DNA of 63,993 nucleotides, the filler included. It is 9 parts of 9 records of this genome, joined end to end, with 100 filler letters (N's around TTAATTAATTAA, not from the genome) between each part and the next. Parts side by side here need not be neighbours in the genome. Positions count along the whole stretch, not along the records: positions 30,099 to 38,854 come from SRR7504441_6173; positions 38,955 to 46,674 come from SRR7504441_6174; positions 46,775 to 51,538 come from SRR7504441_6177; 6 more parts are not named here. One strand, written 5' to 3'. Both the position numbers and the translations under genes were made by a program. The notes beneath the pieces are model-generated. The model did not search any database and was not told where the DNA came from. It saw only the letters and a list, made by a program, of their open reading frames with translations. Positions 36,286 to 47,689 of the stretch are shown in pieces. The number at the start of each line of letters is the position of its first letter. The first letter of the stretch is position 1.

Positions 36286-38800
36286 ATGCCACGCAAGCGG
36301 CCAATCAGCGAGGAGGGGCCGGCGGCCGAGCCGGTGGAGGAGGATGACGAGGAGGAGGACGAGCTGGTGGACGTGGAGCCGGATGAGGAGGACGAGCTCG
36401 GGGTGGCCAGCGAGGAGGAGGACGAGGAGGTGGACGAGCACGACAGCCTGGACGACGAAGAGCCCGAGGATGAGGGGCAGCGGGCGGAGTCGGCGGACGA
36501 CGACTCGTCCGACGACGAGACAATGGTCAACACGGTGGGCAACATCCCGATGCGGTGGTACGAGCACGAGGACCACATTGGGTACGACCGGGAGGGCCAG
36601 AAGATAGGCCGCCCGGCCACCGCCGACCAGATCCAGGACTTTGTGAACAAGAGCGACGACCCCGAGTACTGGCGCTCGGTGTTTGACGAGCTCAACCAGA
36701 AGCGGGTGGTGCTCTCCGACGAGGAGCTCAAGACCATCGCCCGGATCCGGGCCGGCGGGTTTGCGCACTCGGATAAGTTCGATCCGTTCGTCATGCCGGC
36801 CACCATGGTTGTCGACCCGCAGGATATGGCCATGCCGCTCTCGGGGGCGCCCAAGCCCAAGTCCAGCTTCATACCGTCAAAGTGGGAGGCGGCGCGCGTG
36901 AGGAAGATGGTCAAAGCGATCCGCGAGGCGCCCCGGTCGGCGCCGCCCGGCTGACATGGGGCAGGGCCGGTTTACCAAGCGGGCGGTGCCGCAGGAGCCG
37001 GCGCGCAACTACTTGATTTGGGACGATGATATGAGCGATCACCGGACGCGACGGGGCGGTGCAGCGCTGCTCCAGAAGCAGCATATCCCTGCGCCTAAGC
37101 CAGTGCTGCCTGGACACGGTGAGTCTTACAACCCGGCCGACGAGTACTTGCCCACCGAGGAGGAGCGGACTGAGTGGTCTGGCGGCGGGCCGGCCCTGTG
37201 TGAGCTGTTGGCAGGGAGAACTTGGACCCGGATGAGCGGGAGGCCAATTGGCTGCCAACAAAGTTTGGCTCGCTCCGGCACGTTCCTGCATACAACAACT
37301 TCATCCGCGAGGCGTTCAACCGGTTAATCCCTGGCTTGCTGTAGCTGCTGACTCGCCGGCAGCTGTCTGGACCTCTATCTTTGCCCTCGGGTGCGCAGGA
37401 TGCGTCACAACATCAGCTCGGATGCACTCATCCCCAAACTTCCAAACCCGCGCGAGCTCGAACCTTTCCCCAAGGCGCTCCAACTGCTGTTCAACGGACA
37501 CACCGGCAGGATCCGGTGGGTCGGCTTAGCGCGGTCCTGCTGAGTGGCCGAGCAGGTCGCTTTCTTTCGAGCCATCGGGCGAGTATTTGGTGAGTGCTAG
37601 CGATGACCACACCGTGCGGGTTTGGGAGGTGGACACTGGCCGGTGCGTATCGCGGATCGATCTGCCGGACGACATGACCGCCACGCTGGTGGCGTGGTGC
37701 CCAGCGCGGGGGCTGCCGTTGGTGCTGGCGGCTGTGGGGAGTGACGTGTGGCTGCTCGATCCGGGCACTGGCGGCCGCGAGGCCACAGGAACTCTGCCTG
37801 GGTCCGACGTGCCGCCCGAGTCCGAGGAAGTGGCCTCGTGGTCCAAGCCGCCGTCCCAGTTGGCCGGCTCGGTACGCCTGTTTGGACTAGCTGGCGCGAG
37901 CCGTATGACAGGTATCTTCACTGCGGTATGTGCTTAAGATGGCAGCGCCAGTCAAGCACCTGTCGTGGCACAGCAAGGGCGACTACTTTTGCACAGTCAC
38001 TCCAGACGCGGCCGGTCTGGGCTGATTGATGCTGCTGGGCTGAATCCGGGCCAGGCAAACCTGTAGTGGTGCACCAGCTTTCGAAACGGAAGAGCAGGGT
38101 GGTATCATCTAACCACATTTGAGCAGCATCTAACCGGGCCATCTCAGGTGCTCAAGAAGTCCAAGGGCTCCAAGGTCCAGCGGGCGCTCTTCCACCCGAC
38201 CAAGCCGTACTTCTACATAGCCACCCAACAGTATGTGCGGGTGTACAATTTACTTAAGATGGAGCTCAAACAGAAGCTCATGCCCGGTGTCCGTTACATA
38301 TCTAGCATAGCCGTCCACCCCGGCGGCGACAACGTGCTGGTTGGAAGCTACGACCGGTCCGGCTGGCCTGCGGCTGGTGCACCCTGAGCGAGCGGGCAGC
38401 CGGGTGGTGTGGCTGGATACTGAGCTGTCCACGCGGCCGTTCAAGATCCTTAGAAATCACACCGAGGCCGTGCGACAGGTTCGGATCAGACAATCAGCAG
38501 GCCGGCAGCTGAGCACTTTGGCAGGTGGCATACCACCGCAAGTACCCGTTGTTCGCCTCGGGTGCGGACGACTGTCTAGTGCACGTGTTCCATGGGATGG
38601 TTTACAACGACTTCCAAGTGAGCAATCGTGCTGGCTGGCGCTGATCATGCTGGCAGAACCCTTTGCTGGTGCCTGTGAAGATCCTGCGCGGGCACAACAA
38701 AAACGGCGACTTGGGGATCCTGGACCTGCAGTGGCACCCGACCCAACCTTGGCTATGCACTGCTGGCGCTGATCACACACTCAGATTGTTTGTGCCGTGA
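36286..38800 (+). CDS. BOP1: Ribosome biogenesis protein BOP1/ERB1
   Basis: Acidic N-terminus, [53 protein letters not shown]40 repeats ending LRLFVP*; many ~40-nt introns. Confidence 0.96.
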
Positions 38801-38823
38801 TCATAATGTTACGTGCACGGCGC

Positions 38824-38854
38824 CAGCTGCTGGCTAGCTGCTGGCTAGCTGCTG
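38824..38854 (+). repeat. 11-bp tandem repeat (AGCTGCTGGCT) about x3 at contig end
   Basis: Seen directly in the sequence. Confidence 0.75.
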
Positions 38855-38954
38855 NNNNNNNNNNNNNNNNNNNNNNNNNNNNNNNNNNNNNNNNNNNNTT
38901 AATTAATTAANNNNNNNNNNNNNNNNNNNNNNNNNNNNNNNNNNNNNNNNNNNN

Positions 38955-39368
38955 GCACCAGCGGAGGGCGAGGCGGAGGCGGTAACGGAGGGCGAGGCAG
39001 AGGCGGTAGCGGAGCCGGGAACGGAGCAGCCCGGAACGGCCACTTCGCCGACGGGTCAGCCCTGCCCGAAGCCGCTCCCGCTGCCAACGGTCTCGTACCA
39101 GGAAGCCAAGCAACTGAACTCGCTCCGGGCCGAGGCCGCCCGTTACAAGAGGCTAGCAGGTGAGCTACAGGCCGAGCTGAGGGCCGGGAGGGAACAGCCC
39201 GGGGAGTGGAAGCTGCTGGCGGAGGTGGGTCGGCTGGAGCAGTGCGTCGAGCAGCAGAACCAGCTGATCCAGGTGTTGAGCGCTGAGCTGGCCGCGCAGT
39301 TGGCGCTGGGAAAGTCGTCGGGCGACTGCCACGCGGAGCTGGTTGAGCTGATGAAAAGCTACCACTAG
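38955..39368 (+). CDS. Coiled-coil protein C-terminus (5' partial)
   Basis: Open frame from the contig start to TAG; EGEAEAV repeat then heptad-rich sequence. Confidence 0.55.
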   Translation, partial: APAEGEAEAVTEGEAEAVAEPGTEQPGTATSPTGQPCPKPLPLPTVSYQEAKQLNSLRAEAARYKRLAGELQAELRAGREQPGEWKLLAEVGRLEQCVEQQNQLIQVLSAELAAQLALGKSSGDCHAELVELMKSYH

Positions 39369-39493
39369 CCAGCCGTCAGTGTGTTAAATTTAATGCGGCT
39401 ATTAATTCAGTGTAGGCTTATAGTTTGAATCTCGAGTGCCGCTCAAGATACTTGCACGTAGCCCGACGGGCTCTGTCTCAGCTCCGTAGTAGC

Positions 39494-40599
39494 TCAGTAG
39501 ATGTTGGTCTTGGCCTGGCTGACTTGGCTGGTGTCCAGCTGGGGCGGTGTATCGCACTGGCCGATCTTTGTCCCGGCCAGCAGCACAAACCCCAGCTCCT
39601 GGTCCACCACCCTCATCTCAAAGTGAGCGCTGTAAGCCCCGAGCACCACACCCGCCTGCTCGGCCTTGATCCCAGACAGCGCGATCGCCCCGCCCGCCCT
39701 GCGGCTGGTTACTAAATATAGCCGGGGCAGCCCGCCTGGTCGCGTAACGGAACTCGGGCTCCAAGTTAATAATAGGCTCAGGCAAGATGTTGCACAGCAC
39801 TATGTCGTAACCGTCCGCAGGCCGCTCAGGCTGATCTAAAAATAGACAGAGCTCAGCCCCGCCGGCGGGCCGGGCACCGCTGTTGTGGCAGAAGCGCGCG
39901 TGGTTGGATAAATTGTTCATCGCAGCGTTCTGTCTGGATACTAGCACCGCCTCCCGACTCAACTCCACTCCGAGCACACTCCTCGGGCCGCCCTTGAGAC
40001 GAGCCGCGGCCAGCAGCCCGAGCAGCCCGGAGCCCGATCCGAAGTCGAGCACCCGCGCCCCCGGCCGGCCCAGCTGCCCGGCCAGCCAGCGGCAGCAGAG
40101 CCGGGAGGAGGCGTGGTCATTGAGCCCGAACACCCCTGAGAGCGGCCCCTGGAGCATCAGCTCGGTGCCCGGCGCCGTAACCCACAGCCCCTCCGGCCGC
40201 AGCGCGCTGGCCCGCCAGTCGGCCCTCATAGCCTCCATCGCCTCCCGCTGCCACTCCTCCATCGGCGTCGGCCCGTCCAGCAGACCCCTGCCCCCTCAAT
40301 CGCCCCGACCCAGGGCGGGCGGGCTGCCGGGCCGCGTCGCCCGGGAAGAGCGCGTGGATGGTCTCGCCCCCCCAGCCGGCCAGCCCGTCTACCGGCTGGG
40401 CCACGGCTGCGGCCCCCAGCCGGTGCAGCCAGCTCTCGACCAAGGCCCGGTGGGGGCCGGCGGGGAGGGCCAGCTTGCGGTATACGGCAGGGGGCGGGGC
40501 CTGGCGCTGGCGGTGCACGGTGAGCATGATCAGCCCCAGCCAGAACAGCGCCCAGCACAGCATGCCGGCCGAGCCCCAGTCGTCATCCAGCGGCCACAT
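39494..40599 (-). CDS. PrmA-like class I SAM-dependent protein methyltransferase with N-terminal TM segment
   Basis: VFGLNDHASSRLC, VLDFGSGSGLLGL, YDIVLCNIL, IALSGI. Confidence 0.8.
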
Positions 40600-40717
40600 C
40601 GGGTGAGCTGCAAGCCGGGGGGTCGTTATCGAGAGAAAAGAAAAAAAGACATTGCCCTGTTGGGAAGACAGGCTGCAGGGTGGCGCCAGCAGGGCGTGAC
40701 CTTGGCACACGGCGGGC

Positions 40718-41407
40718 ATGTGGTGGGCGCTGAGCCTGTTGGGCGGGCTGGCGGCGGCTTTGGACCCGAACAGTCTGACCGACGCCAACGACCGGGCGTA
40801 CAACCTGCCGGGATCCTCCTACTTCCGGCCGCTCTGGTTCTACGACTTCGCCCAGTCTTCAGGCATCTGGTATCAGAACCAGTACCAGGTGTATGCCGAC
40901 CGGGCCACCGGCCTGGGGGGGGCGGTCCCGCTCAGCCCAGCCAACGGAGCCCTCACGCTGACGGAGTACAGCGCCAGCCAGACGGTGCACCAGAACGCGG
41001 TGTTTAGAGTGTATCCCCAGGACTTGTTGGTCAACGGAACCGGCGACAACATCCGAGTGAGGATGAAGATCAAGCTGGGCTCGACCAGAACCGATAGCAC
41101 CGCCGGCTCGGGGCTCGGGGTGTACTATATGCGTCGGAGTGAGTACGATGAACTCAATGTGGGGGGCCAAGCATTCAACTGGCATTCACGCTGCGAGGCC
41201 AACAAGCCCCAGTACGGGCTTGGGGTTTGCCTAAGGACCCGTCGGGATACCGAGGCCACTGCCGTGAACGGCTTCTCCATCCGACTGTCCACCTCCCAAA
41301 CAGAATACAACGACTACGAGCAAAACCCGACAAGTCAGCAACTCCGGAGCATGGCACACCACAAACCTACGCTCATCGCCTATCATTCAGGGATGGGACA
41401 TTCATGA
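40718..41407 (+). CDS. Secreted beta-rich hypothetical protein (3' end uncertain, possibly truncated)
   Basis: Signal peptide MWWALSLLGGLAAA; 229-codon ORF. Confidence 0.55.
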   Translation: MWWALSLLGGLAAALDPNSLTDANDRAYNLPGSSYFRPLWFYDFAQSSGIWYQNQYQVYADRATGLGGAVPLSPANGALTLTEYSASQTVHQNAVFRVYPQDLLVNGTGDNIRVRMKIKLGSTRTDSTAGSGLGVYYMRRSEYDELNVGGQAFNWHSRCEANKPQYGLGVCLRTRRDTEATAVNGFSIRLSTSQTEYNDYEQNPTSQQLRSMAHHKPTLIAYHSGMGHS

Positions 41408-41426
41408 AGTGCCAGCAGCACCATGG

Positions 41427-44400
41427 TTATGTTGGATCCCTTGCCGTCAGAAGATTTACTTCAATACGGTGGTCAGAGAAGCCCACCTCTTCCATCACAA
41501 GTTTATGCCTGCGAGTAGCTGTATTGTTCCAGGCCTCTACTCCAAGAGGCTGATTGATGTTCAGCATAAACTCCTTGACTCGATGTATGTGCATGTAATC
41601 GCCATTATAATGCGCCATGTCGGGATCTGCCATAGTCACCTTGAACCACTCGGTCTGGAACCTCTCCAGGGACTCATCGTTTATCAAAGAACTCTCTAAG
41701 TTTGAACAAAATGTGAAGTTGTCTAAAATCACAGCAACGAAGAGATTGAGCACAGCAAATACTCCTACAATGTAGAAGGAGATAAAATAGATTCCAGCAA
41801 CCTGCCAGCCAGGTCCGATTTAGTTCCAACCCCGGGTTATACTGGGCACCCAAGGCCTGCCACAATCGTCTGGAAGCCAATAGTTGCCCGACAGATCACC
41901 ATCAAAAGTGGTTTCGTACGGTGTACAGTCAGGCCACTGTACTTGACAGTCCTTCATTACAACATTCCAGTTTTCGCCTGTCAAGCACCGGACAAGTAGC
42001 AGCATCGAAGAACCAAAATTACGAAAGTTGTTGTGTGATGAGAGCGCGTCCCCAAACTTTACATTAGCAAACATTTGCATCCCAATCACAGAGTAAATGA
42101 ATAGGACCATGAACAGCAAGCTCCCAATGTTAAACATGGCTGGAAGAGAGACAGCTAGGGTCGTGACCATCATACGAATCCCCTTGGCTCGACGAATCAT
42201 GCGGAAGATCAGCAGCAGGCGTATTGGCCTGAGCGCCTGAAGTGGTATCCCAACACCATCTAAGAAAAAGAGGGCAACGCAGCCATAGATAATGAAAAAG
42301 TCGAACAGGTTCCATGCTAATGTGAAGTATCTGCGGAGTCCTTGGGCAACAATTCGCATATGGAGCTCAACAAAGAAGATGCATGCAAACGCAAAGTTGG
42401 CAAGCCTCATCATCTCTTCCCAGTCGCTTGTTTGAGCACAGTACTCCAGCGTCATCACCGCAGTATTGAGAATCAAGAGTGTCAGCACTGTCTGCTCAAA
42501 CCACTCAGCATTTGTCAACTTGAACATCATCTTTCGAATGTAGTTCTCTGGCTCATTGACAGGCGGTTCAACTACCTGAGTAGCTAGCGACAGCACCATG
42601 TCCTTAAAATTCTTCTGTTCGTCGGTGAGCATGCCTGCAACACGAAACTACTGAGCATCAAGCTAATATCAGGCTGAACCTCGACCCGACATCTGGTTGA
42701 ACTTTTCGATGATCACACCAACCACCATGTTCAAAATGAAGAATGCACAAACAAAAATCTGCAGTACAAAGAACATGGCCGCTATTGGGTTGTTGTCCTT
42801 CACTGGTTGGTTGTCCACTCCATTCATGTCGACGGCAGAATACATCACGTCAGTCCATCCCTCAAGAGAGGAAACCTCGAATAAACAAAGCATTCCATCG
42901 AAGACGTTGTCAAAGCTGTAACCAGGATTGGCCCATACAGCAGGAATCAAAATTCTGCCCCCCATGGCTTGTGTGCCATCCCAGCAGCAATTCTCACCCA
43001 GCGTCACTTTCAGCCAGACCGAGGCAGCTGTCACGCCCAGAGGCTTCGTCGTTGTTGCAAGAGTAAAACTGGCCCATGAAGAACCCCATTCCCATGACAG
43101 AAAACAAGAAGAAGAAGAAGACTGACAAGAACATCACATTCATAATAGCGGGCATTGAGCGCCACAAAGCTCCAAAGATCAATTGAATCTTTTCGTTCTT
43201 GGTTGCCATTCGCAGAGGCCGGATGGTCCTGTATTTAATTAGTTGCAGCAGAAGCTAGCGCTGCGCACCGTAGTGTACGAAGCGCCCTACCAATTCCTCC
43301 AGGAAGGAATGCCAGCAGCAGTGTTGTGTAAGAGATTATGATCACCATGAAATCAAGCCGGTTGAAAGCATCACCGAGATAAGCCGTGCGTGGCCCGTAG
43401 AATCCATAGGCAATTACCCTCATGATGAACTCTAATGTGAAGATGCCAAGCATCACGGGATCCACAATCATCAAGATTTCTGTGATCAGCTTTGATGGCT
43501 GCCATGGCGTGTCCACTGCGAGTGCGAAGTCTGCTCAAGGCGCTATCAAAACGAGCATGGTCACCGCTGTAAACATTTCAAGAAGTATATAGTTGGAGAA
43601 GACAAAGAAAGTGAGCATGAAGAAGAAAGACATGACAAGGTCAAGACCCTCCCTGTGCTCTGTTGGGCAAGCCGGTTCTCCAATCACTCCATTCTCTAAA
43701 TCTGGTGTGGGAAAGCACCGCAGGGTATTGTACATAATATCAGTCCAGTCTTCACCGGTCATAATTTGGAACAGCGTCAGAAGGGAGATCAGGAAGTTGT
43801 CAAAGTTGGCCCTTGGCACTTCACCATCTCCATCAAACAATCGCAAAGAGAAGAGCGAAGTGCCAAAAATTCCAAAGATGACCATGGCAAACATAATGAA
43901 AACAATCAAATTCGCAATTGAAGCCATTGAGCTGATCACTGTGTCAATCAAATCTTGCATCTGCCGAAGCAGCCTGAACATTCTGAAGAGCTTGAACACA
44001 CGAAGCATCGACAGATTGAATGCTGCTCCACCACCAGAAAAAAATCCAATCACCGTTGGGAGTGAGGAGGCAACCAGAATGAAGTCAAAGCAATTTGAAA
44101 AGTTGCCAAAATACCACTTAAGTCCCCCGTACCCACACCACTTTGCAAGCATCTCAAGCACAAAGATGATGGCAAAGATAGCCTCCCCTGTCTTGAGCAT
44201 CTCAATATATCCATCCGACATTCCATGATACTCCATGGCCATAAAGATGATATTCCCCATGATTGCTATGTTGAAGGAGGACGAGTCTGTGCCAGAGATC
44301 ACGGCTGTTGGTGTGCCCTCCACGTCTGCAGCCAGCTTGGGCAAGGGCAGTGGCAGCTCTGCTGAAATGCGGCACAACAGCACGGTGAGTAGCAGCGCTG

Positions 44401-46264
44401 TTACAGGTAACATGAGTGTTTTTCAGGTGCCAGCATCATCCTTTCTAGAAGAGGCAAAAGCAGCAATGGCATCTGAGCAGACTGACGAATTGCACATGAG
44501 TCCCGAGGAGATGGAGAAGATGATGGGCCCTACCATGGCTGTGGTCGTTCCCAAACGCCGAGCAGTCAACATCCGCTCTGTGGCTGCAACCCCTTCGAAA
44601 TATACTGACCACTTCATAAACGAACATCTGGATGGTGAGACAGCAGAGATGTTTCGAGAAAGAAAGCTAGAAGACGGCTGGGGCGAGTGTGCAATATGGC
44701 TGTGGTACCGTAGAGACCCGGAGCCTGATCCAGATTACCCTAATGTGCTGTCAGACCCGATTCTGTTTGACACAGCAATCGGCCGAATGGTGGCGTCGAC
44801 CACATTTGATACATTCCTTGCGAGCGGATTAAGCTCTATCACCTTTGCTCCAGGATCCGTGTTCATGTACCCGCTGAGCTGCTCCTGACTGGTTGCAATC
44901 TCGCGCATAGAAGCCAGCTCATCATCAGGAGGCTGGTCCTCTTTGCTCGCAACCTCGGCTGATGACTGCGATGCCCCCCCGAGTCCCGTCAGCGCCTTGA
45001 CTGCCAGATTCTGCGTGAACACGTTTGGACCGACTCTGTGCTGCGCAGAATTGAGCAGATTCTGCACAGTGAGGGTCCTCCTGCTGCGCATTTCCTCGAG
45101 GGCCTTATCCCTGTCTACTTGCTTGCGCTGCTGCTGGAAGGCAATTGTGATCACAGCGCAGTACAAGTTGATCACAAAGTAGGTGAATGTGAGCACAATT
45201 ATCACCATGTACATCCACGAAGGCTCAGACTCGGCATCCTGCAGCACGTACATCACACCTGTCCAGCCCTCCAGCGTTGACGCTTGAAAGATAGTCAGCG
45301 CAGCGATCGCGAGGTTGTCAAACGAGGTCCAGCCATCGTTTGGATTCTCACCAATCACACATGCAAACCCGCGCGGGCAGGTGAACGCAGCAGTCCCATG
45401 AGCCTTGGCCCGAGTATACAGGTCGGCATCGCACCACCTCTCGGGTTCCATTGCCTCGTCGCTTCCGTCGAGCGACAGGCACTGCTGCTTCATCTTGCAC
45501 TTGAAGATCTGGACGCCCATAATACCAAACAGCATCAACAGGAAGACCGTGAGCGTCACCACGTCCACAAACATGGGCAGCGCCCTGACCAGAGCATCGA
45601 GGATCGCGGCGCAGTACGTGAGGAATTTGATGGCCCTCAGTGCACGGAGTGCCCTGAACGCGCGGAACGGCTTGAGATTAGGCACGCCGGGCATCTCGAA
45701 GAACAAGAGCCAGCAGGCGACCACCACCACAAAGTCTAGCACATTGGCCCCGTTCTGCAAATAGGCGCCCTTCCCGAACATAAAGCCGTTGGCCAGGATG
45801 AGCAACAGCATCTCAACAGTGAACACGCAGTTGGTGGCCAAATCCATCTGATCCAGGATCTTGTAGCCCTGGCTCTTCTCCGGGAACCAGACCGGCGAGC
45901 TCATGGCCATCACCACCGTGCTCCACACAATCACCAGCATAATAAACCCTTCCCAGGCCGCGTTATTCACCAGCCCGATAGCCAACGCCCGGACCCGGTT
46001 GTCGGGCCCAATGCAGAAGAGCGCATTCCCGTGGTCCAGGCAATATTCCTCCTCGGGCTCGGCCGCGAACATGTCCACCGTCGGGGCCACTGCTTGCATC
46101 CCGAGCTGATCTACGAACGGTCGGCAGGCGCCCGGCGGGGGGCCGGGGGGCTCCGGGGGCTCGGGGGGCGCCGGGCTGAGAATGGGGGCGCTGCTGGCGT
46201 CGGAGGCCGAGTGCTCGTCCGAGGAGCCCCCCCCGAGCGGCTCCAGCTGCACCTCCTCGGGCAT
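41427..46264 (-). CDS. Four-domain voltage-gated Ca2+ channel alpha subunit (EEEE filter); segment ~44277-44815 is coded on the plus strand; II-III linker missing
   Basis: Pore loops TLEGW, TGEDW, SLEGW, TGENW; S4 helices RAFRALRALR, RVFKLFRMFR, RALRTLRTIRPLR, RPIRLLLIFRMIRR; IVS6 LNLFVAVILDNF followed by an EF-hand-like segment. Confidence 0.92.
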
Positions 46265-46774
46265 CGGCTAGCCCCTGCTGCGCCCCCCCCCTGCAGCACG
46301 CTGCTGATGAGATTCTTGGGAAACTTCGCCAAAAGGAAGTGCACTGACCCGTCTGTGCCTTGGGAGCGCTCCTGGGGGATGCAAGCCGGCCGGGGGGGCG
46401 CGGGATGCAAGCCGGCGCCGTCGGGGGTGGTGGACTCGTCCTGGCCCCCGCTGGACCCGCACAAGCAGCCGCCCACCCACCACGCATCATCGCCAGCGCT
46501 CGAGTCGTCGATCGCTCCGCCGGCGGTGCTGCACACCGGCCGCCTCGGGGCTGACCGGCCGCAGCTGGCGGAGGAAGCGCCGGGCGTGGACCTGTGCTCG
46601 GCGCCGGAGTCGCCCGAGGAGGAGCAGCTGCACACGGCGCTCCGGGCGGCCAGGGTGCCGCCCCCCCCCCCCCCNNNNNNNNNNNNNNNNNNNNNNNNNN
46701 NNNNNNNNNNNNNNNNNNTTAATTAATTAANNNNNNNNNNNNNNNNNNNNNNNNNNNNNNNNNNNNNNNNNNNN

Positions 46775-47210
46775 GTCTGGCGAGATCGAGTGGGAAGAGT
46801 TCCTAATGTATTGCGCGCACGAGGCAGGCAGGACTGTACCGGATAGGCACCTGCCGCAGAGTATGATTGATATGCGCGCCGAAATCAGAAGCCGATATCA
46901 ATCTCTCAAGGAGGATACTTTGAACGATACTGCAGGCAGCATCTGGGACTCGAAGGATACAATGTCGAAGAAACCTGAGAACGTCCCTGAGAAAAAGCCA
47001 CTTGTTTCAGCACGTGACGTCAAGGAGGACAATACGAACTACGCGAACGATCCAAACTGGATCCAAAGTGCCCCAACGAGCTCGAGACCGAAAAGCTCGA
47101 TCCAAGGAGTCGAGGAAATGATCGTGTCGCTCCAGAAGTATGCACGTGTTCAGTATAAGATGGTCAAGGACGTGCAACACATGGTCGACCCTGGGACGTT
47201 CGTGTCATAG
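46775..47210 (+). CDS. EF-hand protein C-terminus (5' partial)
   Basis: SGEIEWEEFL at the contig start, open to TAG at 47210. Confidence 0.6.
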
Positions 47211-47689
47211 ACGCGTCAAAGTGGACTGAAATGGGACTAGAACGCAATTGAACATACGTGTATGCCTATGTAATAGTAACTTCATGTATGATCAGGATAT
47301 GATCAGGAGTGGCCGAGCACTAGCCGAGCATTCTCGAGAGTACGTACTCGTACATGACTCTATACATTCGAGTATACGAAATACGTACTGTACAATCGTA
47401 ATTTAAATAAAATACAAAACAAAGGCGTGTGTCCGAGAAAGAAGCACGTTATGCGTACATGATTAGTACATGATTGAATCTAGCAAATATCTGTCAAAGA
47501 AAGAAACACGTTATAACTATTGTATCTGGTTTACATAAATTAATACCGGTAAGTTGGTACGCACTCGATGTACCATGATCATGGCCTAAATCATGGCCGC
47601 AGCTACTATCTTGAGAGCTTTGATACTGACCGACGACACAATTAGACGAGTGCGCATGCACAGCAGTGGCCGACTCAGAAGTTAGGTTA

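Noticed and set aside
44274-44819. AAGGA/TCCTT 5-bp inverted repeat as recombination sites for the channel inversion
   Set aside because: Inverting through this repeat leaves both junctions one base out of frame, and the FkbM inversion has no equivalent repeat.
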